In this document: positions 34,188 to 45,781 of the stretch, one piece after another
Numbering within the stretch: position 1 is the stretch's first letter
How the letters are laid out: each line of letters begins with the position of its first letter
Assembly (NCBI GenBank): GCA_965178125.1
Contig: OZ237775.1
Location: 1 to 64,000 of the forward strand
Source: Bilabrum cf. latius
Taxonomy: Eukaryota
Length of the DNA stretch: 64,000 nucleotides
Direction of reading: 5' to 3'
The notes under the pieces: model-generated
Databases searched by the model: none
The model's input: the letters and a program-made list of their open reading frames with translations, nothing else
Told to the model about the DNA's origin: nothing
Position numbers and translations under genes: made by a program

Positions 34188-37100
34188 TCAGCCATGCACG
34201 GCCCCGCCAAAGTCAACGGCTTCTCTGTGAGCACTCGGCTCTGCTCGCGAGTCCCCGCCCTCGGTTTGGTGATTTGCACCCTGTGAAACACCCCGGAGCC
34301 TGTCCAACTCGGCTTGTGGCACCTCGCCGCCAGCAGCACTGGCAGCCCCCACGGCGCTCAGTTGCGCACCCTCCAGGGCCTCTTCCCCCACTACTCCTAG
34401 CCTGCGGCCAGCTGAAGCGGACTGGCGATGGCCTGCAGCGACACCTGCATCACCTCCCTACCTGCCCATCCCTTCAACTGCTCCCATTCCACCTGGCCCG
34501 CGGCGACCACCAGCCCCGGCCCCGGCCCCGGCCCCAGCCGCGGTCTCGGCCCCGGTGTGCCCGCGCAGTCGCATGGGCAGCAGCGCCGAGGACGATCTCC
34601 GCTGCTTGGCGTGGATCACGTGAGCCACAGCTCGCCTCGCGAGGGCAGCTGCGGTCCGCTGCTGCTGCTGCCCCCCCGCCCCCGCACCTGCCCCTGCCAG
34701 TCGGGAGGCGGACGATCGCCGGCCCCCGGGCCCGACGTCTATCGATTTCCGCAGCGCGCTGGGCCCGGGGTGCTGGGGGGGAGAGGTGCCGGGCCCACGC
34801 CGAGCCCCAGCCAGCGCTGACCCCAGCGGACTCCCTCTGTACGGCCTGCTGGCAGGAGGAGCCCTCCGCAGACGTAGGCCGCCGTGGGTCAGCGCGCCCT
34901 CGCGTGCCTCCAATGGGGCAGTGCCTGGCTCTAGCACGGGACCCGCCCCGTCACGTGCCCCTCCCATGCTAGTCCGGCGCGGTCCTCCCATGTGCAGTGG
35001 CCCGCTGGCTGCAGTACGGTGAGGGTGAGGGCGAGGGTGAGGCGGGTGGTTGGACCCCCTGCGCGAGAGGCCCCCGGCTTTCATGGCCCCGCTGGCTCTT
35101 CTCCCGGGCTGGCCCCGAGCGTGCCATTGCTCCACGTCTCCCTCCTCCTCTTCCTCGGACGAGTAGACAGTGTATGCCCCGTCTGCCTGGAGCTCTGCAT
35201 CCAGCAGAGACACGGCTCGAGCTGACCGAGGCACCCGCAGCCGGATCGAGTCGCTGCTGTCCAGCCGACGAGCCCTCACTAGTGCTGCTCCCCGGGGTGG
35301 GCCATGCGGGTGAGGGGACGAGTGTCCCGAGGCCGTGCTCGAGGCTCGGCTTCGCTTGCCTGCCTCGTGCACGGACCCGGCAGGACCCCTGCTGTCCTTG
35401 TCCACCGCGCCCTCAATTTCGCATTCACCCTCACCTTCACCTGCGAGCCGCCGACTGTCAGAGCGCCGCTCCCGGTCTTCTCCCAGTAGGTGAGGCCCTG
35501 CCTGCTCGCCGGGCCCGAGGCCGTACATAGGGCGGGGTGGCGACAGCCCCATCAAGCTCCCGGCCTCCTCCGTCTCCTCCTCCTCCTCATCACCAGCTGC
35601 AAGCCCCGGTCCATCTCCCAGCCCCAAGCGCCCACCTGCCAGTGCAGCCTCCTCCGCTTGCCTGAGCCTCTCTTCGGCCTGTATGGCGTGCTCGGCGTCC
35701 CTCCGCTCGGCCTCGCCCTCGCCCACCAGTCGCCACACCCTCGTGCTGCGAGCTGCTCGCAGTGTGACGATGGCAGCTGCCACCGCGGGCACCCTACTCT
35801 CCCCAAATGCCCAGTGAAGCGCCACCAGCACCACTGTGCACAGCACCACCAGGGCGTCCAGGACCTGCAGCCACTTGGGCATTGATAAGGCCTCCCCAAT
35901 GTTGGCCATGCACGACCACAGGGCACCGCCGCAGCAGGCCCAGTGGAAGCAGCAGGCACCAATCTGGCTGCAGCACGAAGGTCCCCCCGCCCTGCTTCGG
36001 CGCGACCTTCTCTTCGTGCTGCTGCCCTGCTGCACCCCGGATGTGCACAAGCAGCAGCAGGGGCAGCAGCACGTCCCTTCGTCCCTTGTGCCAGCCGGTG
36101 CCTCGCAGCACCGCAGCCGGTGCACCCCGCCCTCTGCATCCTCCTCCTCGCTGTCCGCCTCCCAGCCGCCCTCCTCGGCCCCGCTTCCATCGCTGTCATC
36201 TGCACCCACGTTTACCACCAGGGTGGAGGCGGGCAGTGGACAGCACCACCGAGCCAGCGCATCGAAGCACCCTGTCGCGATGGTCCCGTCCTCCTCGTCA
36301 GAGCCCTCGCTGTCGCTGATGGCCACGGACGCATCGCTCTCACTCTCGGTCGAGTCGTGCTCCATGAGGGTCTGCGCGCTGCCCGTGCGTCCCAGCGCGT
36401 CCTTGGCATCAGGGTCCTCCGTCTCGCTGGCAGGCGGACTGGCAGGGGGGACGGCCGCGGGCTGGACCCCTGGGGGAACTTCCACTGCTGCCTTGCCGCT
36501 GTCGCTGTCCTCGCGCCGGGCTTGGTCCTCGCCCTCCACCCTCTCCAGCTCCTCCTGCGCCTCATGCAGCGCCTGCTCCTCCAGACTGGTCCCGTGGCAG
36601 AACATGTAAGCGCAGCTGCCCCCCGACATGAGCCGCAGCCACAGCTCAACCACAAAGAACGCAGCCAACACAGTCTCGGCGTGCAGCGCCACCAGCCGCA
36701 CTCGCTTAGAGAAGGAAGGATTCGAAGTCACTGCCACCAGGAAGAAATCTGTCGCGACGCACACGGACACGGCCGTGGCAAAGGCTGCGCTGTGCACAAG
36801 CAACCAGCTCCAGGAGCCCCGGCCCGAGACACCCTGCGAGCACGAGAGCGCCGGCTCGCTGGGCCCAGGTCCGTGCCCATGCCCGTGCCCGTGGGCCCCA
36901 TCACCATCACCGTGGCAGCACCTCATCTGACACCTTTGAAACGCAGCCCCACAGGCTCCTGCGTCATCCACGCAGCATAGGCTCCTCCAGACCACCCTAG
37001 AGCACGCGCCCTCTGCCTGCACGCCGCCCTCTGCCCCGCTCGACCGACCCCCGCCGGCCCCCATCGACTCGGTCCTGGCTACCGCATGCGAGGCAGCCGA

Positions 37101-39914
37101 AAGGATGCGGCCTGTGGGCGCATGACCGGGGACACCTGCGTCATGGTGCATCTCGGCCTCCCGGGCGTTGGCTCGGTGCGTGTCAGAGGCGTAGCGCAGG
37201 GCATCAGAGAGCTCCCTCAGGGTGAGGCCGCGGGCCTGGGCGGCTGCTCCCACAAGCCGCAGAGTGTCGGCCGCGCGCTGCTCCAGTGTCCCTGCCCGTA
37301 GCACTGGCACCTGCAGGGGCTGGTACTCTTCGTCCCTGCGCGCTGAGTCATGGACCATGCCTGCGCCCGGTTGATGCTCCTGCTCGACAGCCAAGGGTCC
37401 CTCCGTCTATCGGCGTGGGGGAGAAGCCGATCCAGGGCCAGAGACTCCATCCTTGGCCCCCTCCCTATCCCCGCGGGCTGCAGGTGACTCGGCTCCTAGC
37501 CCTCTATCGGAGAAGAAGAAGGTCGAGGTGTCCATTCTCGAGGCTCGGATGCGGGAGAGCGGGGATGAACCCGGGGGGCCCGGCTGCACAGGCTTGCTTG
37601 CTGTCCCGACTGCCGCATTAGACACTCGCGCGTCAGCCGGCCTGTCGGATCCCTTGTATTCGAGGGCGATTTGGTTGGCATCGGCAGGGGGCTATGCCTC
37701 CTATACTTCGCGAGGCGATCGAGGTGCCATGGGGGATGGTCCGCCCTCTGCGTCGGCCTGTTCCCCCCTTTCGACTGTCCCGCCCAACGCATCGTCCAGC
37801 TCGGGCGCCCGCAACACTGCCGCCAAGCGAGCCGCCACCTTCGCCTTGGCCTTCCTGTAGGCCCGCCTCAGCAGCTCTTCGTCCTCCAGCTCCCCGATGT
37901 GTGTGCTCACCACGTACAGCGGGATCACGTCGCGCAATGAGGCAGTCAGTACCGCCACGCTCCCTGCGAATGCCGCTAGCAAGCCGATCCCGACCCACAG
38001 CCTTTGCCTCCCCGCGGGCCCCTCCAGGAGCGCCTCCTCGCCCTTGATCAAGAACGGGGGCAGGAACTAGACCAGCATCGCCAGGCACGCACCAGCCACA
38101 AAGACAGCCCCTTGCAGCAGGTGGATGATCAGCCGGGGCTCGCCCAGCCAGAATAGCTCCCGCTGCCTAAACACGAACACGAGCTGTTCGGCGACTCTCT
38201 TCTTGTGCTGCTGCACTCTTCTGACAGTGCTCTTGCTGCGTCGCGCGGGCGAAGGGGGCCCGTGCTCGGGGTCTTGCCCAGCACCGTGCTCCGCATCGAT
38301 TGCAACCGCAGCGGCACCGTCTTGCTCGTTCGATGCGTCGGCTTGCAGGGGCTGCTGCCTCTTACGACCACCCTTGCGCTTGCCTGCGTGTCTATCCCTG
38401 CCCGCCCCAAGCTTAGAGGCCCCATGGGCCCCGCGCCTGGCTCTAGAGCCACCCCCCGTTCCACCTTCAGTCGCAACCCGCACCACCAGCGCCAGGGAAG
38501 ATGACCGTTTCCGGGCAACTATGTGCCCGCCTCCGGGGGACGAGGGCCGGGATCCCCGGGCACTTGCACGGAGTCGAGCCAGTGCGGGAGAGACTAGGGG
38601 GCTCGCCCTTGGTGCGGTGGCCCCGCTCCCCACGGTCCTTGCTTTGGACATGTGGGCCGGGGAGTCGACCGCACCGGCATCCCTTGTGCCATTCGCACCC
38701 CCGGGCACACCCATCGACACTGACCGAACGCTGGCAATTGGTGTGGGGGCGGGAGACAGCTGCATGTCACTGGAGTGAACCGCTCCGGCGAAGGTCCCGC
38801 CCACCCCTAACTCGGGGTCCTGCCGCGCCCCTGGGCCAGTCGTCTGCGAGGGTGACGTGCCCGCGCCCCCCTGCCCCTGCTCCTGCTCCTGTGCCCCTCG
38901 TGCGTCCGCTGAGGAGAGCGCTTTCTCGATCTTGGCCTGCAGCGGGGCGGGGGCAGACTGCCCAAGCGGCATGGATCCCTCGAATCCACCGGCGGCGTCC
39001 TCAGTGAACTCTAGTCTGAGCCTCGGGTCAGTGAGTGTGTCGTAGATGGCCCTCACCTTGGAGGCGAGCACGACCGAGACAACCACCACCACGCCGCAGA
39101 GGGGAAGCACCGCCTGCAGCAGGGCCGCCCCCCTTGAGGAGAAGTACCCCGGGACTGCCCCCCGCAGCAGCAGGTCCAGGGACAGGAACCAGGCCAGCGT
39201 CACCCACGCGCTGTCCGGCACCTCAACCAGCTCCAGGAAGATGCGCTGTTTGGCCACGCGCAAATAGGTCGCGAAAGGGAAGTCTCGGGGTAAGTGATGG
39301 TGCCGCAGCACCGTGCGCCGCACCTCAAAGAACCTAATGCGTTCTTCCAGCTCGCTGTAGCGGGCCCACAGGTCGCACCGCCAGCAACACCATGGCGGCG
39401 GTGCGCGGCTGGGCCCAGTGGAGCGGTCCTCGGGTTGGTGATTCGCACTGGTGCCATCCATTCCTACATGGATATCATCTGGGTCATCTGGGGGCAATCC
39501 TCGGAGCATACGAGCGATTCTATGGCGCTCCAGTCGGTCGTCAGCGTACTGGTCTGGTGTTGCAACCACCTCCATGTGCTCCCAATGCTTGCCTATCTGG
39601 GAGCTGAATGCAACTAGTAGAAGAACAAACAAGAAATACGCAATTGCCACCAAGAACAGCGTAATGTGGACCACCTCAAACGTGTGCCGATCGTCTTTCT
39701 CAATGTGGACACCAGAGGCTTCGAAGACAAACAGGGCAAATGAGACTACGCCGAGGATCATCAATTCCTTATAAAGTGCATGAAGCATGTCCTGTAGGTG
39801 CCTATGCCCATGGACAGCGTGCTCGACCCATCTTGCAATGGCCTGCAGAAGTGCTACGGCAGCAATCGTGAGCACCGCTAGTGCCTCAGCACCAGCAATA
39901 TTAGTTTTGGCCAT
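34188..39914 (-). CDS. Large (~1900 aa) MLO-family membrane protein with a downstream voltage-sensor/ion-transport-like TM region
   Basis: ORFs at 38067, 37701, 37407, 34458 and 34188 are one frame linked only by TAGs. MLO motifs LYKELMILGVVSF, VHITLFLVA, DFPFATYL and FWLGEPRLIIHLLQ. Later segments: ETVLAAFFVVELWLRL, LDALVVL, LRAARSTRVWR. Confidence 0.7.
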
Positions 39915-40069
39915 CGCAGCAAGGTGTTACAAATTATACAAGAAGGCGGAAATATACGCCAGTGAACGAACACGTGATGATATACGCCTGGTAGTGGAGT
40001 TTGCAAGCAAGCGGGTCCAGCGAACTATCATCGAAGGTTCGTTCATCGATGCAAACTGCGCAGGCCCAT

Positions 40070-41015
40070 CATCAAGATGCTAGTGAGCCCTTCGGCATGG
40101 GCAGTGGATCAAGCCGGATACTGCGAGGACACGATGAGAGGCCGCGGACAACCGAATGGGAGAGGTGGATGTGTGGAAATTCCTGCAGGAGGTCGCACGG
40201 CAGCGAGGCAGCGAGGCGGCAACTCACGCCAGTCGTGGTGGAATCGGCAGTTCCAGCATGACAGTTTCGATGGCAGCAGCCGGGCCGCCCCTCCTCCGGA
40301 CCACCACGGGGAGGGTCTGCCCGCCGGACCGCTGCGCCAGTGCCGCAATGGCCCCCAGGGGGAAGGCCCCCTCCTTGCCACCCGACCCACCAGCAGCACC
40401 GCCCGCCCCCAGTGTCGCCAGCAGGCCATCCGCATCGATCTCTCCGAAGGCGAGCACGCAGTCTCCGATGCGCAGCCCAGCGCGAGCCCCGGGACCGCCT
40501 GGCTGCACCTGGCCGATAGTGGCGAAGGCCGCCCGGGAATCCGTCGCAATTGATTTGGGTGGCACTTCCTTGTACGTTGATACCGCGGCTTCACCAGATT
40601 TATCTCCTGCAGCGGCCGATCGGCTCGGGGCATCTGCTCCGGCACCGGAGGACGCCGATTCGTCTGCAGCACTTGCGGCATGTAGAGCCAGCAGACCTTT
40701 CTCCATCATTTTTGTTGCATTCGAGTAATCTGTGCGAAGCATTGCGTGCCGATGTCTGGCAGCTCGTACCGCAGCAACGTCCACGTCTGCTCTCGGAAAC
40801 CCTTCCTTGTCCACCAGAGGCTCGCTTAACCCAACCTCCCCCAGCGATGCCATGAGTGTATCCATCTCTTCTTCCATCATATCCCTTTTCCCAGCTATTG
40901 CTAGAACAAGATCCCTGGTCCACTAAACCCTGCCCGCATCGACATCTTCAGCGCTTGGTAATAAATCGATCGAGGCTGGTGAAGCCGAAGCACTTGCCCC
41001 GCCAGACGCCGCCAT
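40070..41015 (-). CDS. PSMD9: 26S proteasome assembly chaperone p27/Nas2 (PDZ domain)
   Basis: EPLVDKEGFPRADVDVAAVRAARHR motif plus a PDZ region (VQPGGPGARAGLRIGD). In-frame TAG near the start; 3' end probably spliced and approximate. Confidence 0.85.
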
Positions 41016-41268
41016 TCTAGTCCAATTCGATATTCGGATTGACTTTCAGTGGTACTAATTTGCTGTTGCTTTTCGAAGTAGCTGAAAATGAGCTTGGCCG
41101 CACCAAACACCACCCGCATGTGACGAGTTTTATAGCACGGAGCGAGCACACACTGCTGCACACGCATGCATGCTGGTGGTCTTGGTGGTACGTGCCATTA
41201 GTGGCACGGTCGCGTGACAACATAGCCATGGGGGTGCCTGGCACATGTACTCAAAGATTCTAGCTAGT

Positions 41269-42597
41269 TCATCGCGCCGGTCTGCGTCTCGTAGACCGCT
41301 TGTGCCCAGGGTTGGAATCACCCACCTCGCTAGCCGCACCACTGTCCACCTCTTTCCCACCTTCCCCTTCCCCTTCCCCCCGCCCCTCCTCTAATTCAGC
41401 TGGCTCGCCTCCTGACTTGCTCTCGCTGGCCCCCGCAAACCCTGCCATCTCTCCGTCTCCCCCTGCCAGTGGCACACCCCCCTCGCTCTCCCTCCCCTCC
41501 CCGTCCCCCCCCGGCACACCCCCCTCGCTCTCCCTCCCCTCCCCGGGCCCCGCGGCACTAGCCTCAGCACCCTCCTCCAGAAGGCCCCCGGCTGCCTCCT
41601 ACGATCCACCCACCTCGGCATCGTCCCACCACTCCACGCACCCGAGCCCATCATCCGCCATGCTGGCAGTCACCCGCATCGGGGCCCGGTGCACGCCACC
41701 GGCCCCGGGCCCCTCGCCCCCGCCCCCTGCCTGCACGGCACCGGGTGGCTTGTCAGCTGAGGCACTCGCCGCCGCACCGGAGGCACCGCTCGAACCAGTC
41801 TTGTCGCCCCCGCCTTTGGTGGTGCTACCTGCCGACGCGCCCGGCGCCCCTCCCTCAACCTTGCCTCCTGGGGCGGCAGGTGATGCAGCTGCAGCAGAGG
41901 CTGCGCTGCTTGCTGCAGGGACCGTCATGCTGGCCAGGGCCAGGGGCTACCCCGTGGCCGCAGCTCGCTCCGCAATGGCCTTCATACCCCCTCTCCTGTC
42001 CCGGAGGGCGTCGCCTCCGCTTACGCCGGCCTCGGCAGGGGACGCCCCTGACCCTGCCGTGGCACCCGTGTCCTTCAAAGAGGATGGCGGAGCCACGTCG
42101 AAGAAATCTACTGCCGTCACTAAGCATCTCACTCTTGCGCCAAGCCGGTACTGGAAGTCGCTCCAGCCCTCGCTTTGGTCCGCGTCGCCGCTTTCGCTAT
42201 CTGGTCTCCACACCCATGTGCCTCGATCTTCATCGAACTACGACCCAGGCTACAGCATGTCCGGGGGTACCATTATATCAGAGAAAAATTCTACGCTCAA
42301 CCGGAGACCGTCTTTCTTCGAAGAGCCAACTATTTTCGCTTCGATCACCTCCCTTGCAAATGGTCTGAAGACGATTTCCCGAAATATTACGTCTACATGC
42401 GACCTAGCGTCGCCTGGAAACAACATAGACTCTCCTATGTGTTCCAGCTGCAGCACTGAAATGCAGAGTCCCACGTTTGGGACAACCCTATTTGTGAAAT
42501 GCCGGTCAAGCTGCTCAACCAGAGCATCTCGGATGTCCTGACCAAGTGCAGCGGGATGCAGCGGCACGGTGTCTCGCAGAACAACCACAACGAACAT
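41269..42597 (-). CDS. POLR3H: RNA polymerase III subunit RPC8/RPC25 with low-complexity insertions
   Basis: NRVVPNVGLCI, VFRPF, GLRLSVEFFSDI, L*PGS*FDEDRGTWVW and C-terminal DGLGCVEWW. Same-frame ORFs joined by TAG; ends in TGA. Confidence 0.88.
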
Positions 42598-42818
42598 GGC
42601 GGTCTCGTTCCACCTGCGTCGTTCCTAGTTTTGTCTACCTATCGTCGTTCTGCTCTCTGGAGTCCTATCTTCATCTTTAGAATATTGAAACGGTTGCAAC
42701 CGCGATTTCGACCAGCCAATCGGCACCTGTATTCTCGTCTTGCTCGCAATATCGCGATTTCGTGGCGCTGAAAGAGATCCGAAAGCAATTGAAACCTACA
42801 TAGTATCCGTTTGGGACC

Positions 42819-44714
42819 ATGTCAGGCGCAGGATCTTCTGGTAAGGCGAAAAGCATTAAGTTCTCGATCAAAACCACCATCCAGCCACGCCCGTCTCACC
42901 TCAAACAACCACTAAGAGTATTCGCAGACTCGGCAGATTTATTTGCTGACCTACAGTCTTTCCTGGATGGAGGCGATGCCGGGGCTGAAGATCCAGCGTT
43001 GTTACTCGGCGGCGGCGCAGACGCTGACTTCGGCTTGGGCCTTGGATCTAGCCTTACGGGAGTATTCGGCGAAGATGAGGCGACTTAGGCAGCCGAGCCA
43101 GCTACAACGTAGGATGCGTATCCAAGTGCATCGGATGCGGGCGAGGAAGCCCGCTAGGACGGCAACCCAGGGCAGGGGGACGAAGGAGCCCCTCCTGGCG
43201 GTGCACCCGACATGCTCAACGTGGCCGGGTATCTGCTGGACGACGAGGACGCGCCTGATAGCCCCGCCGTGCCAGCATCTCTGTCAGTGCAAGCACAGCA
43301 ACAGTCGGTCGCTGGCCAGTCGGCTGCAGCCCTGGAGCACGGGGCCACCGTGCACGACGAGCCGCTGGCCTACTCGCACCCGCAGCGCATGCCGGTCGAC
43401 ATGATCCCCGTGCACCCTGGGGCGCCCGCGACCACCCTCGTCTTCCGCTCTCGGCCCCCGGTGCGCATGAGCGGCAAGGCCATGCTGCCCAAGGACGTGG
43501 GCCACGTGGTGAACATGCACTACCGGCAGCTGCAGCAGAGGGACCCGGTTTCGGATGATTTCTATGCCAACGCTCTTCGGGTGCGCCGGGCCCACCGGAT
43601 CCTCAGGGCACACCGGCAGAACCCCCACATCCCCCCTCCTCCGCAGGAAGCTCTGCAGATGCCGCTGCCCGCCCCCGCCGTGGTAGAGGCCGCGTCCACG
43701 GTGCAGCAGCTGCTGCGCCAGGCGGCCAAGCGCGCCTCCGACTGGGCCTCTGCCCACCACGTGCTGGGGAGGCACCGGCACAAGGCGCTGGGTGCTAAGC
43801 CCCAGATGGCACTCGGGGCGTCTTCCGTCGCGCCCTCCTCGGGGGCTGGAGAGGAGCCGGGGGCGCAGGCGGCACATGACGAGCGCAGCGCCGTCTACTC
43901 GGCTCGGTTCGCGATCGAGCACGGGCACTCTGTGCTGGCGGCGCTGGCCGAGAGCCAGCTGTAGCGGGCGGCGCTGCTGAACAGACAGCCCCCGCCCGGG
44001 GAGGCAGAGGTGAAGGGGGCGGGCACCGCAGTGGAGGCGGCTCGGCTCGGCGTTGCACGGGCCATCGGAGCGGCCAGCGGGGCGGGCCCTCTAGGCGCGT
44101 CGACGGGCGGCGAGGGAGAGGGAGAAGGTGCCTCAGGGCCGGACGGGGACGCGGACGCAAAGCTGCTGCTGCTGGCCTCATTGCCCAAGGGGAAGAGGCT
44201 GCTGGCGCGTGCGGGTGCGCAGCTCCGGCCGCATGACCTGTGCGGGCTCGTGCGGGCGTGCTTCCGCAGGCTCGTGTTCGTGGTTGCTTCGCAGGTGGCC
44301 GGCTGGGAGTCCGAGGCGGCCGATGGTGAGCTGTCGGACCGGCTGTGCCAGTGGGTGCAAGGGGCCGTGGTGCCAGGGCGGGATGGCAATCCGATGGGGA
44401 AGGGCGCTCGGTCTGGGCTGAGTCTCTGTGTGGATTGGCTGCAGGCGCTGGCCGACAACACGGACAGCGCAGTGCTCGCTGAGCTGTTCGCGCACCCAAA
44501 GGGGCAGGCGGCCATGAGCGCGCTGCTGGGGAGGGGGGAGGCAGAACGCCAGCGGTCCGAGGCAGAGGGACCCGCGGGGGGACCCCCCAGTGCGGGGGCG
44601 CAGTTCCCCCCGTGTCCCGCCCCCAGCAAGGAGGACCTCGCCGCGTGGAAGACAGTCACCGAGGCGCTGGACAGGGCCATCACAGAGGCTTCCGGGCCTG
44701 GGCCACAGGGCTGA
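42819..44714 (+). CDS. PAT1-like mRNA decapping activator
   Basis: Same-frame ORFs at 42819, 43212 and 44010 joined by TAGs. MLPKDVGHVVNMHYRQLQQRDPVSDDFY and LPKGKRLLAR resemble Pat1 motifs. Confidence 0.7.
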
Positions 44715-44882
44715 TGATGAGCACCAGCGCGGGCTTGTACCGGGACTTTCATCTTGATGGCACGGTGCGGTTCTACGTTGGCTTCTCGTTGTGGCGCCGC
44801 GCGCCACTAGGTTCCGCAGAGTTCCGTTTGGCAATCTCACTCATCGCTTCTTTTTAACTATTCCAAGCTGTCTGGGGACATC

Positions 44883-45680
44883 ATGGCAGCATCTGGTGGC
44901 GCAGCGACAGGCAGCACTGCAGCGGATGGCGGCTCCGGCGCACCGAAAGACTTGACTTCTGTTGGAGCCGCGCTTGCTGGGGAAACGGATGCATTCGCCT
45001 CCGCAGACCGTGCCGTGACCACGTTTGCGACATTTGAGGATTATCTTAGCAGCCAGATCACTGAATTGGATATGTTTTATTTGGGTGATGAAGAGCTGGC
45101 TCGAAAGCTCGTTGAAATGGGGCAGCGAGGATTTGGCGATACGATGAAGCGCGAGGATTTCGAGGCTCGCAAAAAGGCAGAGAAAGAAAAGCATATGCAC
45201 CGGGATGCTGCGCCATAGCCATTGGCATCAGTAGGCAAGGATTTGTCCGGCAAACCTCTACTATAGGAGTTGGCGTCTCGCGAGGAGCTAGTGCGAAATG
45301 GCAAGCTCACGTGCATTCTGTACATTCGTGACAAGAATGCGCGAGGTCAAGAAATATCCGGGTACGTTGACCTGACGCAACGACTACGGACGGAGAGCTT
45401 TGAGCCATACTTTTCGGGGAGGAAAAGGCTCCTCCCACGCCCGACCGACCTGTCGTTCTACAATTTCGATACACAGGCGTCCACAAGCAACAGCAGCCCC
45501 ACCTTCCAGGTGATTGCCGACAACGAAGCGGGACTGATGTTCAAGAACAAGCGCGACAGGAAGGTGATTAATGTGGACCCCGACTCCAATCCCGGCGACA
45601 ACACGACCAGGCTAGAGGTTACGGACGCGTCCTACACGCACATAGTGATATACGACCACTTTACTAGAAGGAAAGGATGA
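44883..45680 (+). CDS. CFAP299: Cilia/flagella-associated protein CFAP299 (C4orf22/DUF4464)
   Basis: FATFEDYLSSQIT..DMFYLGDEELARKLVE, LL*ELASREE, GQEISGYVD, LLPRPTDLSFYN, FKNKRDRKVINVDP and YDHFTRRK. Confidence 0.9.
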
Positions 45681-45781
45681 TTGGGATCAATAAGTATAGT
45701 ATACCATCAGACCAAGCGGTCCATCCGAAGCCACGGCATGTCCCCGCCCACGAGCGATGCCACTCTAGTCGAACCTAGGCA

